DNA from: Candidatus Latescibacterota bacterium
GTDB taxonomy: Bacteria > Latescibacterota > UBA2968 > UBA8231
NCBI GenBank assembly: GCA_965197905.1
Contig: CBDAOB010000005.1
Span: 1,120,001-1,184,000 of the forward strand
Length of the DNA: 64,000 nt
Direction of reading: 5' to 3'
The translations under genes were made by a program, and so were the position numbers. The notes beneath the pieces were generated by a model. The model did not search any database, was not told the DNA's origin, and was given only the letters and a program-made list of their open reading frames with translations. Below, piece after piece: positions 18,705 to 28,758 of this stretch. Numbering within the stretch: position 1 is the first letter of the stretch; each line of letters opens with the position of its first letter.

Positions 18705-21230
18705 ATGTCCAATCCTTTCGTGCCCATCGACTTGACCGGCAGCTTCAACGCCGGATTGGAAAATCCCGATTTAGGCGATCGGCGGCTGTGGCCCTCGTCC
18801 GCAGGGGATCCCGACGACACACCGTTGCAACGCCTACCGGCCGGCGATGTTCAGTTTTGGGGAATCCCTTTTAACCTGGCCTCGGCGAGCGCGAGCAAGC
18901 GTTTTGTCCTGGTTTGCCAGGAGGGGGCGGAGGTCGTCCCGGACTCGATCACCATACCTGTGGGCACCGAGGCGCGGCGGCTCCTGTTTGCCCATGTGTG
19001 CGCCCCCACGGGTAGCGAATCTCCAACGCTTGAAGGCGCCGGTGAGCCGATCGGCGAGTACCGGATTCTGTTCGAGGATGGCAGCGAGAGCGTGCAGCTG
19101 CGCCGTCGCTTCGAAGTGCACGACGTGGAGATTCCCTGGGGCCACCACCCGTTTCAGTGCCGCAACTGTCAATTGTTCCGCTCGGTGCCGGTGGATGATC
19201 GCAACCTGGTTTGGGGGCGGGCACAGACAGGCGTGTACAGCGGAACTCTGGACGATCAGGCCAGCGACCAGGATGGATGGTGGCTCTTCGACTGGGAGAA
19301 TCCTTCCCCTGAGAAAACGATCAAGGCGATCGAGGTCTCAGCGGCTGGGGAAGCCGCATTGGCGCTGGGAGCCATTACGGTCTGCAACGAGGATCGCGAT
19401 CCGCTGCTCTGGGTCCCACGTAAAGAGGTCGCGGTGGCGGTTGAAGGCAATACAGACGGGGCCGCACCGCAGGTTGAGATGGACCGGGGCGTAATTGCGC
19501 GGCAGGACGACCTGTTGGTTCCTGGCGAAGATTTCCTCGACACCGACGAAGCGGGGTGGGGTGTCGGGGGCCAGCGGGTGGAAAAAGGCGGATATCTGGA
19601 GATTCACGGATCGGCGGAAGGTACGATCCAAGTCAAGGCGGCGGAAGACAAAACCCAACTCTTTCGGTGGGGCGATCTGCTCGAGCAAGGAAGTCAGGAG
19701 CAGGGTCGCGTGCGGATCGAGCTTGTGAGTCCTCACGGCAAAGAATGGGTGCATGTCCGCGTTGAGGATGAAACCACCGGGAACCCCGTAGGTGCGCGGA
19801 TCCATTTCCGCTCGGCTCAAGGCGCTTATTTCGCCCCCCACGGCCATCAGGCCGATGTCAACGACGCGTGGTTCGAGGATCTCGGCGGCGACTGTCGCAC
19901 CCGCGGAACACCATACGCTTACATCGACGGCACCTGTCAGATCGAATTGCCGGTTGGTCAGGTGTTGGCGGAAGTCGTGCGTGGCTTTGAGTATGTGCCG
20001 GTGCGGCGGGAGCTCGAGATCAAACCTGGACAGCGAGATCTGACCCTCAAGATTCGCCGCTCCATCGATATGAAGGAGCGGCGCTACTATTCGGGCGACA
20101 CCCATGTGCACTTCCTCTCGTCCCAGTCCAGCCACCTGGAGGCTGCTGGCGAAGATCTCAACGTCGTCAATCTCCTTGCCAGCCAATGGGGTCGACTCTT
20201 TACCTCTTGGGAGGAATTTACCGGCGGCCTTTCCCCAACGAGCAGCGCCGACCACCTGATTTGGGTCAGTCAGGAAAACCGGCAACATGTGCTCGGTCAC
20301 ATCAGTCTCCTGGGATTGAAGGAGATGGTTGCGCCCATGTGCACCGGCGGTCCCAACGAGGATTGGATAGGCGGCGAAGTACAGACCCTGATGGCCGATT
20401 GGGCCGAAGCGTGCAGGCGACAGGGCGGCACTGTCATCATGCCTCACATGCCCGTTCCAGATTTCGAGAACGCCGCCAACATCGTGCTCGGACAGGCAGA
20501 TGCGGCGGAGATGTGCTGGGTTTGGCAGGGGGAGAAGATAGGGCAGGGAGAGCGGGGTTATTACCGATGGCTCAACGTGGGTCAAAAATTGCCCATCGTC
20601 GGCGGCACCGACAAGATGTCCAATGGGCGTATTCTCGGGGGCTCCCGAACCTATGCAAAGCTTGGGGACGACGAGGAGTTCACCTATGAGAATTGGTGTA
20701 AGGCGGTTCGTCGCGGAAACACCTTTGCCAGCACCGGGGCGATGATCGATCTCAAGGTGGAGGGTCACAGCATGGGAGATGAGATCCGTCTACCCGGCAA
20801 CGGTGGACGGATCGAAGTCGATGCCGTGGCCGAGAGCGTTTGGCCCCTGACCGGGATCGAACTGATCGTCAATGGTGAATCGGTTGCCCAGGAGACCACG
20901 GAAGGTGAGCGCCGAATCAGCATCAACTTCAAACTCAAGACCGAGGTGTCCTGTTGGGTCGCAGCCCGTTGTTGGGGCTCCTACCTCACCGATGCAGGCC
21001 CGGTCATGGCTCACTCATCCCCCGTGTACATCGATGTAGGGAAGAGGGAGGCCTTTGTTGAGGCCGAGGGGAACTATCTCCTGACCCACATGGAGGGGGG
21101 TATCGCCTGGGCCCAGCAGCTCGGCGTGTTCAAAGATGACTCCGTGCGAAACCGATTGATCGCCCTCTTTCGCGAGGCGCAACGGGAACTGCAGCGCCGG
21201 GGGTGCCACGAGCAAACCGAGCCGGCGTAA
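18705..21230 (+). CDS. CehA/McbA-family PHP-like metallohydrolase
   Basis: SGDTHVH, QENR...GHISLLG, WLNVGQKLPIVGGTDKM, RTYA, AHSSPVY. Confidence 0.75.
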   Translation: MSNPFVPIDLTGSFNAGLENPDLGDRRLWPSSAGDPDDTPLQRLPAGDVQFWGIPFNLASASASKRFVLVCQEGAEVVPDSITIPVGTEARRLLFAHVCAPTGSESPTLEGAGEPIGEYRILFEDGSESVQLRRRFEVHDVEIPWGHHPFQCRNCQLFRSVPVDDRNLVWGRAQTGVYSGTLDDQASDQDGWWLFDWENPSPEKTIKAIEVSAAGEAALALGAITVCNEDRDPLLWVPRKEVAVAVEGNTDGAAPQVEMDRGVIARQDDLLVPGEDFLDTDEAGWGVGGQRVEKGGYLEIHGSAEGTIQVKAAEDKTQLFRWGDLLEQGSQEQGRVRIELVSPHGKEWVHVRVEDETTGNPVGARIHFRSAQGAYFAPHGHQADVNDAWFEDLGGDCRTRGTPYAYIDGTCQIELPVGQVLAEVVRGFEYVPVRRELEIKPGQRDLTLKIRRSIDMKERRYYSGDTHVHFLSSQSSHLEAAGEDLNVVNLLASQWGRLFTSWEEFTGGLSPTSSADHLIWVSQENRQHVLGHISLLGLKEMVAPMCTGGPNEDWIGGEVQTLMADWAEACRRQGGTVIMPHMPVPDFENAANIVLGQADAAEMCWVWQGEKIGQGERGYYRWLNVGQKLPIVGGTDKMSNGRILGGSRTYAKLGDDEEFTYENWCKAVRRGNTFASTGAMIDLKVEGHSMGDEIRLPGNGGRIEVDAVAESVWPLTGIELIVNGESVAQETTEGERRISINFKLKTEVSCWVAARCWGSYLTDAGPVMAHSSPVYIDVGKREAFVEAEGNYLLTHMEGGIAWAQQLGVFKDDSVRNRLIALFREAQRELQRRGCHEQTEPA

Positions 21231-21245
21231 ACGAGATCGAAACCC

Positions 21246-22637
21246 GTGGACTTCGCACGTTCCTTGCCCGTAATATCCGAACCCGATGTACTAGTGGTCG
21301 GCGCGGGGTGTGCCGGCACTGCGGCTGCGTTGGCAGCGGCACGCCTCGGCGCCAACACCATGTTGGTCGAACGCTCTGGTTTCTGCGGCGGTTACATCAC
21401 TAACGTCTGCGGAGCGGGTCTGGACGGATTCGTGGATCTGCGTTCCGGGCGTCCCGTCGCAGGGGGAATCGCCATGGAACTGGCCACAGCCGCGGCGATC
21501 ACAGATGCCCCACAGCCGCTGAGAAACGCCCGATTCCACTTCAACGTGGAGCTCGGGCACGTCCGCGATGATCGTGATCGGCACCGAATTCGATTCGACG
21601 TGGAGCGCTTCAAGCTGACCGCTGATCGGCTGCTGGCTGCTGCCGGTGTGCGCGTGATCTATCACACGGTTGTAGCCGACGCCATCGCAAGTTCTCAGCG
21701 GGTGGACGGTGTGGTGGTAACCAACAAGGCTGGGCTGGGTGTCATCAAAGCCCAGATCGTTGTGGATGCCAGTGGCGATGCGGACGTGGTGGCGTTTGCC
21801 GGCGGCGAGTTCGAGTTCGATCCCATGGATTGCCAACCGATGAGTCTCCATTTTCGTGTTGGCGGTATAGCACCCACGCGCGAGCTGCGAATGGCCTGTG
21901 GTGCGGTTTTGGACGCGGCCCATCGCGACGGACTCCTTGGGTTATACGCTGGGCCGTGGATGTCGGAGATCGCCCCTCGAGAGGTGTATTTCAATGCCAC
22001 GAGGATCAATGGCAACCCGCTTGATCCGGAAGATCTGAGTCGCGCCGAGGTTCGGGGACGCGAGGATGCTCATGCGATGTTCGCCTTGTTCAAACAACAC
22101 ATTCCCGCGTTCCGCGACGCCCACTTTGCAAGCAGCGGGCCCACGGTGGGGGTGCGCGAATCCCGTCGGGTACGAGGTGTAGGAACTTTGACCGCCGCAG
22201 ACATCGTCGAGCGGCGCTCCCATCATGATGTTGTCGGCCTTGGCGCCTAGTGGCTGGATCGCCATCCATCGACAAGCTCAGGCTATCATGAACACGTGTT
22301 GGTGCGACCGTACGACATTCCGTTTGGCACTCTCGTTCCCATCGGTATGGCGAATCTGTTGGTAGCCGGCCGCTGCCACTCCGCCGAGGCAGGGGCGCTG
22401 GCGTCCAGCCGGGTCACCGTTACCTGTATGGTAATGGGAGAGGCAGCCGGCACTGCAGCCGCGCTGGCAGCCGAGAGAAAGGTGGAGGTGCGGGCCGTGC
22501 CCGTTGCGGCGTTGCAAGACAGCTTGCTGGCGAACGGGGCCGTCATACTCGAGCAGGCGGACCGTCTACGCGAGGAAGGGGATCGCATCTCCCACAGGGA
22601 GACGGCGACCCCCAATCTCGATCTCGAGGAGAAATAA
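21246..22637 (+). pseudogene. FAD-dependent oxidoreductase (FAD_oxidored family) with an in-frame TAG at 22248-22250
   Basis: DVLVVGAGCAG, VDASGDAD, GVRESRR; after the TAG the same frame continues WLDRHP...YDIPFGTLVP...NLLVAGRC...SSRV...CMVMGEAAG. Confidence 0.8.
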
Positions 22638-22645
22638 GGTGTAGG

Positions 22646-23527
22646 ATGTTAAATGAGGAACAGATCGAGTCCTTCCAAAGGAACGGATTTCTGAACGGCG
22701 GATGCGTTCTCGACGACGCTGCAATCGCCGAGTTGTCCGAGGATCTGGAGCGCATTGTTCAACAGGGGAAACGCGGTTTCACGGAAGGGAGCGGCAGCCT
22801 ATTTCCTTCAGGGATATCAATGCCCTGCGGACCGGCGATGGGGGGCAACCAGTGTGGCAGATTGTCAACATCTGGGAGGCCTCCGACCCGTTTCATCGCT
22901 TGATCTACCATCCATCCATCGTCAAGGCGGTTAGTCAGTTGACCGGAGAACCGGCATTGTCCGTATGGCACGATCAGATCCAGTACAAACCGGCGAGCTA
23001 TGGTGGCGCCACCACGTGGCACCAGGATGCGCCGCTGTGGCCCAGCATACGACCCATGACGCCGGTGTCGGCGTGGATCCCTTTGGGACGACGCGGACGA
23101 AGAGAACGGATGCATGTGGATGGTGCCAGGGAGCCACAGGTGGGGCAATCAGATTGCTTTTCTGCGACGCCAGGAGAAACTCACCGGCTTGACCGAATTT
23201 GCCGGAATCGAAACCTTTGAACCTCCCGCGAGCGCGGAGATCACAACAGTCGATCCGAAACCCTGGCCAGTGGAGAGGGGAGAGGTTTCGTTTCACCACT
23301 CGATGGCCTGGCACGGATCTCCCGTCAATCACTCCTCACGTCCACGCCGGGCAATTGCTATTCATTACATGACGGGAGAGACCCGGTTCGTAAAGGACGG
23401 GATGCACCTCATGGGCGAGCTGATAGATCTGGAAGACGGCACGCTCATGAGTGAAGCCGGCGCCCATTTTCCACGGGTATGCGAGGAGGGAAAACCGCTT
23501 GCCTGCCCAGGTGCTGTTGCCACCTAG
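22646..23527 (+). pseudogene. PhyH-family (phytanoyl-CoA dioxygenase-like) Fe/2OG dioxygenase with two compensating frameshifts (near 22787 and 23086)
   Basis: Frame pieces MLNEEQIESFQRNGF / WHDQIQYKP...WHQD...SAWIPL / DDADEENGCMWMVPGSH...FHHSMAWHGS...RRA; both shifts at GGG runs. Confidence 0.8.
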
Positions 23528-23556
23528 ACCAAAGAACCACTGGAAAGGGACGAGGA

Positions 23557-24717
23557 ATGTCTGAGGTTGAAATCGGTATTATCGGTATCGGCGGTATGGG
23601 CGGTTTCCATATCAATTACCTTTCGAAAGGCGAGGTGCCCGGCGCCAGGCTGGCGGCGGTTTGCGACCTCAGCCCAGACCGCGTGAAGTGGGCGCGGGAG
23701 AACCTGGGGGATACCGTTCGGTGCTTCGACGACGAGGAAGCGTTTTTCGCGGCCGAAAACCTCGATGGTGTCATCGTGGCTACACCCCACTACCTCCATC
23801 CGGAACTGGTTATCAAATCTCTGGACCACGACCTGCACGTACTGTCCGAAAAGCCGGCAGGGGTGTACACAAAACAGGTGCGCGAGATGAACGAGAGGGC
23901 GGCACGCAGTGACAAAAAATTCTCCCTCATGTTCAACCAGCGCAGTCACGGCCAGCATCTGAAGCTTAGGGAGTTGGTCCAGAGTGGAGAGATAGGGGAG
24001 ATCCTGCGCACTAACTACATCATCACCGACTGGTTCAGAGCGCAGAGCTATTATGACGGAGGCGGGTGGAGAGCGACCTGGTCGGGCGAGGGAGGAGGGG
24101 TCCTCGCGAACCAGTGTCCTCACAACCTGGATCTGTGGCAGTGGATCTGTGGCATGCCGAAGCGGGTCCGGGCATTTATCGGATTCGGCAAGTATCACGA
24201 CATCGAGGTGGATGACGACGTCACGGCGTACGTCGAATACGAGAACGGAGCCACCGGTGTTTTCATAACCACGACCGGGGAAGCGCCAGGATCGAATCGT
24301 CTCGAGATCACCGGTGATAGAGGCAAGCTTCTCCTGGAGCACGACCAGATCACCTTCTGGCGCACGGAGGTCCCCGTCGGTCAGTTCCGTCGCGAATGGA
24401 AGGGAGGCTTTGGCGTGCCCCCTGTCTGGAAGTGCGAGATCGCACCGAAAGCCGGCGGCGGGCATGTGGGAATCTGCAAGAACTGGGTTGCCGCCATCCG
24501 GGGCGACGAACCATTGCTTGCCGCAGGCCAGGAAGGTATAAACGGAGTCGAGCTCTCCAACGCCATGCTGTTGTCCGCCTGGCTGGACGACTGGGTGAAT
24601 ATCCCGGTGGACGAGGATCTGTTCTACGCCAAGTTGCAGGAAAAGATCGCCTCCTCAACGGTTGTCAAGGAAGACAAGGACAACGTGATGGACACCGACG
24701 GCACCTTCGGTACTTGA
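23557..24717 (+). CDS. Gfo/Idh/MocA-family oxidoreductase
   Basis: IGIIGIGGMG, VATPHYLH, LSEKPAG, WRATWSGEGGGVL-NQCPH-LD. Confidence 0.9.
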   Translation: MSEVEIGIIGIGGMGGFHINYLSKGEVPGARLAAVCDLSPDRVKWARENLGDTVRCFDDEEAFFAAENLDGVIVATPHYLHPELVIKSLDHDLHVLSEKPAGVYTKQVREMNERAARSDKKFSLMFNQRSHGQHLKLRELVQSGEIGEILRTNYIITDWFRAQSYYDGGGWRATWSGEGGGVLANQCPHNLDLWQWICGMPKRVRAFIGFGKYHDIEVDDDVTAYVEYENGATGVFITTTGEAPGSNRLEITGDRGKLLLEHDQITFWRTEVPVGQFRREWKGGFGVPPVWKCEIAPKAGGGHVGICKNWVAAIRGDEPLLAAGQEGINGVELSNAMLLSAWLDDWVNIPVDEDLFYAKLQEKIASSTVVKEDKDNVMDTDGTFGT

Positions 24718-24730
24718 GGGCATCGCCCTC

Positions 24731-25690
24731 GTGCCGATAACCACCGGCTCCTTCTTTCGCCCTCCCGCACTGCAGTTCAACGCCCATCTACAGACGGTCA
24801 TCCCTAACACTATGCGCCGGGTGATCTCGGTGCAGTACCGACGGCAGCGGATACACACGGCCGACGGCGACTTTCTCGACCTGGATTGGTCCGAAGTCGG
24901 CAGCGACCGGCTCGCCGTATTGTGCCACGGCTTAGAAGGGGATTCTCACAGGCCGTATATCCTGGGAATGGCTGCCCAACTGAACAGATCCGGCTGGGAT
25001 GTGCTGGCGTGGAATTTCCGCGGGTGCAGTGGGCAGATGAACGAGAAACCGCGGTTCTACCACGCCGGCGACACGGAGGATCTTCAGTCAGTACTGGAGT
25101 CCGCGGCCGTAAGAAGCTACGCCACACTGGGTCTGGTAGGTTTCAGTATCGGTGCGAATATGGTGGTGCGCCTTCTAGGTGATCGCCACAGCAGGGTTCC
25201 CGCGAATACGATCGGTGCGGTAGCGGTTTCGGCACCCTGCGACCTGGAATCCAGCACTCTGCAACTGCACCGCCTCCGCAATCGACCCTATCTGCACCGA
25301 TTCCTGCGCATGCTCAAGGCGAAGGTCAAAGCCAAGGCGGACCGTTACCCCGATCTCTTCGACCTGGACTACCTGAGTCGCGTGCGAGATTTCAAGCAGT
25401 TCGACGATCGCTATACCGCTCCGCTTCACGGATTTACGGACGCCGTGCAGTACTGGCGCGAGAGCGGGAGTCTTCAGGCTCTCGGTTCTATCGACCTGCC
25501 GTTGCTGATGATCAGCGCCGGGAACGATACCTTTCTGGGGCCGGAATGTTTTCCACATGCGGAAGCGACCCGCAACAACAACCTGTTTCTCGAGATTTCG
25601 ACTGCGGGTGGCCATGTCGGTTTCGCCGTGCGCGGCGGCGGTTACTGGTCCGAAATCCGCACTGCCGAGTTCCTGGGTGGACTCTGTTGA
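24731..25690 (+). CDS. YheT-family alpha/beta hydrolase
   Basis: HLQT, DGDFLDLDW, HGLEG, NFRGCSG, GFSIG nucleophile elbow, GGHVGF. Confidence 0.88.
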   Translation: MPITTGSFFRPPALQFNAHLQTVIPNTMRRVISVQYRRQRIHTADGDFLDLDWSEVGSDRLAVLCHGLEGDSHRPYILGMAAQLNRSGWDVLAWNFRGCSGQMNEKPRFYHAGDTEDLQSVLESAAVRSYATLGLVGFSIGANMVVRLLGDRHSRVPANTIGAVAVSAPCDLESSTLQLHRLRNRPYLHRFLRMLKAKVKAKADRYPDLFDLDYLSRVRDFKQFDDRYTAPLHGFTDAVQYWRESGSLQALGSIDLPLLMISAGNDTFLGPECFPHAEATRNNNLFLEISTAGGHVGFAVRGGGYWSEIRTAEFLGGLC

Positions 25691-25702
25691 GCGACCAACG
25701 AA

Positions 25703-27898
25703 CTAGGATTGATCGAGGACGCGACGTACCGTCTGCAGGAGTTCCGGAAGCCGGTACGGCTTTTTGAGCAGGGCGTCAGGGGTCTTGCCGTTCCCGTGAT
25801 CCTGCAGGTGTCCGGTGGAGACGATGATTCGAGGACACGGCGACTCGGCACGAATCTCGTTCAAGAATTCCTGTCCGGACATGCGCGGCATGCTGAGGTC
25901 GAGCATAATGAGGTTGATTCGTTCCCGCTCCAGACGAAACTGATCTAACCCCTCTTTGCCGTCCCGCGCGCTCAAGACTACGTAGCCATAGCGAGTCAGC
26001 ATGGTTTTCGTCATGCGCAACACCTCTGCCTCGTCCTCGATGAGGAGCACGGTTTCCGTGCCTCGAGGTGTCTCTTCGGGGGCAGTGGGAATCAGGCGGG
26101 AACCGGATCCCTCCAAAGCAGGCAGGTAAACGGAAAAGGTGGTTCCAGAGCCTGGCTCGCTTTCGCAGTCGATCCAACCGTCGTGTTCCTTGACGATTCC
26201 GTACGCCATGGCTAGCCCCAGTCCGGTTCCGTGACCCACCTTTTTTGTGGTGAAGAAAGGCTCGAATATCCGCATCTGGGTGGATTCGTTCATGCCCAGG
26301 CCATTATCCTGCACACAGATGCGAACGAAACGGCGCCACTTGTTTGATGGTCCAACCGAGTCGGGCCGTTCCACCAGATCGATACTTAGATCGATTCGAC
26401 GTGGCCCACCCTCATTCTTAGGGTCGACCAACGCATCCTGAGCATTGATGCAAAGATTCAGCAGGACCTGCTCTATCTGGCTGGGATCACCGAGGATGTC
26501 GGGTATTTCACTGGCGATCTCCGAACGAATGTCGATTCTCTTGTCGAAGGTTTGCTCACATATCTCCATCGCATTGGCAATAGCCATAGCCGGATCTGTG
26601 CGTTTCTTGGTAACTTCGGCGTTGCGACTGAAAAGCATGAGCTGCTTGATCATTTCAGATTTGCGCTGGCAGACGGAGATGGCGTCCTCCAACCGCTTGC
26701 GGATCGGCTTGCCCGACTCGAGAATGCCCAGTTCCAAATTGCCCATCAGAACCTGGAGCATATTGTTGAAATTGTGTGCCAGGCCGGCGGCCAACTGTCC
26801 CACGGCCTCCATTTTCTGGGCTTGCCGCAGACGCTCCTCACTGCTCCTCAGCTCGCGATATACCCGCGAATGAGACAGCGCAATGGCGGTTAGGTCGAGC
26901 AGGGGATTCATCGCATCGATTCGCGCGATCATCTCAGCTCGCTGTGAGTCGTTGCTCCCAGTCCCCAATACAGCCAAGACCCGATCGCCGTGCTTGACCG
27001 GAATGAAATATGCTACCTGTCCCTCATGTTCTTCGGGTGAGCTCCCCTCCGCATTGTAACGCTCTTCATCCCAGCCCTCTACTACTTCAAACTCTCCGGT
27101 GCGTACCACGAAAGCGAATATGTCGGGGCTGTCGAGGTCGTAACTATAGTTGATGGGTGCAGCGAAGTGTCCTCGCTGACAGTCATACTGCCAACTGCGG
27201 ACCATCTCTATCGAATGGTTCTCGTCGTCGACGAGAGCGACTGCGAGGCTGCGAAATACTCCTGCATTGACGATCTGCTCGGTGAGGCTGTCGAGGATGG
27301 TGTCGAGATCTAACGACGACAGCACGGAGCTTCCCATGCGGTGAAATGATTCCAGCAGCCGCGTCCGTTCCTCCAGCAGGTTGTTGGACTCTGCCAGCGC
27401 TTTCGACTTTTCCTTCAGCTCGTCCTCGGCAAGCTTGCGCGAAGTAACGTCCTGCAGAATGACCTGCACCGATGTGACAGTGCCATCCGGGTCGCGAACG
27501 GGGAAGCAGGAAGCGGATGCCCACCGCTGCTCTCCATCCTTGCGCACCAGGCGAAACTCCACGTGTTGCACCGGTCTGCCAATCCGCGCCTTACCGAACG
27601 CCCGCTCGCCCAGCTTGTGGTCGGCGGGGTGGGTGATCTGCCAACCGAGCCGCCATTTCGAGTAGAACTCGGCGGGCGTGTAACCGGTCACCTCCTCGAT
27701 CTTGGGGCTGACGTAGAGGTAGCGGCCGCGTCTATCCATCAGGATGACCCCCAGCGACGGGTTTTCGACCAGGGTCCTGTACTGCTCTTCGGAGGTTGCT
27801 TTTTCGCGCCGTAGACGCGTTAGCTCCGCCAGCAGCTGCGCCCGGCTCATCTCTTCGCTTCCGCTATCTATCTGGTTGGTTTCCAATGACATAGCCAT
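25703..27898 (-). CDS. Hybrid sensor histidine kinase (PAS-GAF-HisKA-HATPase-REC)
   Basis: PAS (YVSP, HPAD, RKDGEQRW), QKMEAVGQLAAGLAHNFNN, NLCINA, DNGLGM, FEPFFTTK, GTGLGL, receiver LDLSMP...KPY. Confidence 0.92.
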   Translation of the reverse strand: MAMSLETNQIDSGSEEMSRAQLLAELTRLRREKATSEEQYRTLVENPSLGVILMDRRGRYLYVSPKIEEVTGYTPAEFYSKWRLGWQITHPADHKLGERAFGKARIGRPVQHVEFRLVRKDGEQRWASASCFPVRDPDGTVTSVQVILQDVTSRKLAEDELKEKSKALAESNNLLEERTRLLESFHRMGSSVLSSLDLDTILDSLTEQIVNAGVFRSLAVALVDDENHSIEMVRSWQYDCQRGHFAAPINYSYDLDSPDIFAFVVRTGEFEVVEGWDEERYNAEGSSPEEHEGQVAYFIPVKHGDRVLAVLGTGSNDSQRAEMIARIDAMNPLLDLTAIALSHSRVYRELRSSEERLRQAQKMEAVGQLAAGLAHNFNNMLQVLMGNLELGILESGKPIRKRLEDAISVCQRKSEMIKQLMLFSRNAEVTKKRTDPAMAIANAMEICEQTFDKRIDIRSEIASEIPDILGDPSQIEQVLLNLCINAQDALVDPKNEGGPRRIDLSIDLVERPDSVGPSNKWRRFVRICVQDNGLGMNESTQMRIFEPFFTTKKVGHGTGLGLAMAYGIVKEHDGWIDCESEPGSGTTFSVYLPALEGSGSRLIPTAPEETPRGTETVLLIEDEAEVLRMTKTMLTRYGYVVLSARDGKEGLDQFRLERERINLIMLDLSMPRMSGQEFLNEIRAESPCPRIIVSTGHLQDHGNGKTPDALLKKPYRLPELLQTVRRVLDQS

Positions 27899-27930
27899 AC
27901 CGGGTCCCAGCAGTGAAACGGTATTCGTTC

Positions 27931-27959
27931 AGTATAGTATCGGGCTGCAAAGGCGGCAA
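27931..27959 (-). promoter_or_regulatory. Sigma70-like promoter for the hybrid kinase
   Basis: Minus strand TTGCCG-N17-TATACT. Confidence 0.6.
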
Positions 27960-27972
27960 GGAGGAACGCCTG

Positions 27973-28001
27973 TTGCTGCCTTCCCCGCGGTGCCATATAC
28001 T
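27973..28001 (+). promoter_or_regulatory. Sigma70-like promoter for the FlgD-domain lipoprotein
   Basis: TTGCTG-N17-TATACT. Confidence 0.6.
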
Positions 28002-28012
28002 GTTCGATCACT

Positions 28013-28753
28013 ATGGAAAATCCACCCTCTCGGCCTCTACGCGCAGGGCTCTCAATCTTCTACATCCCCGGAGTCGTGGCGGCAATGATGGCACTGTTCT
28101 TTGCCGTGCAGGGATGTGGCGGGGGTACCTCCACGTCGAAGGACGAACCCGACTCCGGTGCGCGGACCTACCGTTTGGACGGCAGAGTCCGGTTGCTGGG
28201 TCGCATCGCCGATGCCGATGGACAGATCCAGGGCGACCTGTCGGTGGACAACGCCAGCGGCGTTCCGGTCTACCTGAGCAACGCATCGGGACTGCTCGAC
28301 ATGACCCACACCGAGGATGGTGGCTACACCTTCAGCGTGGAGTCGCCGGGCAGCTACCGGATCTCTTCCTGGGTGGTAACCTCGGATATGGATTCTACCG
28401 GACTGATCAACCTGGGCGTCGACAGGTTGCTGGTTTCGGACACCCTGCAACTGCCGACAGGGGGACAGGAGTCCTTCCTGACCCTCTTCCCTAACCCGAG
28501 ATCGGACAGCGGGACAAATATCGGGTTTACCATCGCGACCAGAGGGAACTACCGCCTGGATATCCTCGATCTCTCCGGGTCGCCGCTCAAGAACGTCTTC
28601 GACGGTTCGATCGAAGCGGGATCCTACACCTTGCGTTGGGACGGCACCACCGAAGACGGTCGTGACGCCGACGGAAACTATCATTGGGTGGTGCTGGCCC
28701 CGACCCGAGGGAACCGGATCTACGGTCTCACCATGCGCGCCACGGACGGTTGA
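28013..28753 (+). CDS. Putative lipoprotein with a C-terminal FlgD Ig-like domain
   Basis: Hydrophobic leader with lipobox-like VQGC; LFPNP...T-I-F...LDILDLSG...GSYTLRWDGT...G-Y; start codon uncertain. Confidence 0.7.
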   Translation: MENPPSRPLRAGLSIFYIPGVVAAMMALFFAVQGCGGGTSTSKDEPDSGARTYRLDGRVRLLGRIADADGQIQGDLSVDNASGVPVYLSNASGLLDMTHTEDGGYTFSVESPGSYRISSWVVTSDMDSTGLINLGVDRLLVSDTLQLPTGGQESFLTLFPNPRSDSGTNIGFTIATRGNYRLDILDLSGSPLKNVFDGSIEAGSYTLRWDGTTEDGRDADGNYHWVVLAPTRGNRIYGLTMRATDG

Positions 28754-28758
28754 CCAAA

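Noticed and set aside
22248..22250. Pyrrolysine or genome-wide amber recoding
   Set aside because: TAG terminates many intact genes here (e.g. 1364, 3708, 4171, 13144); no pyl genes in the window; one transition from TGG explains it
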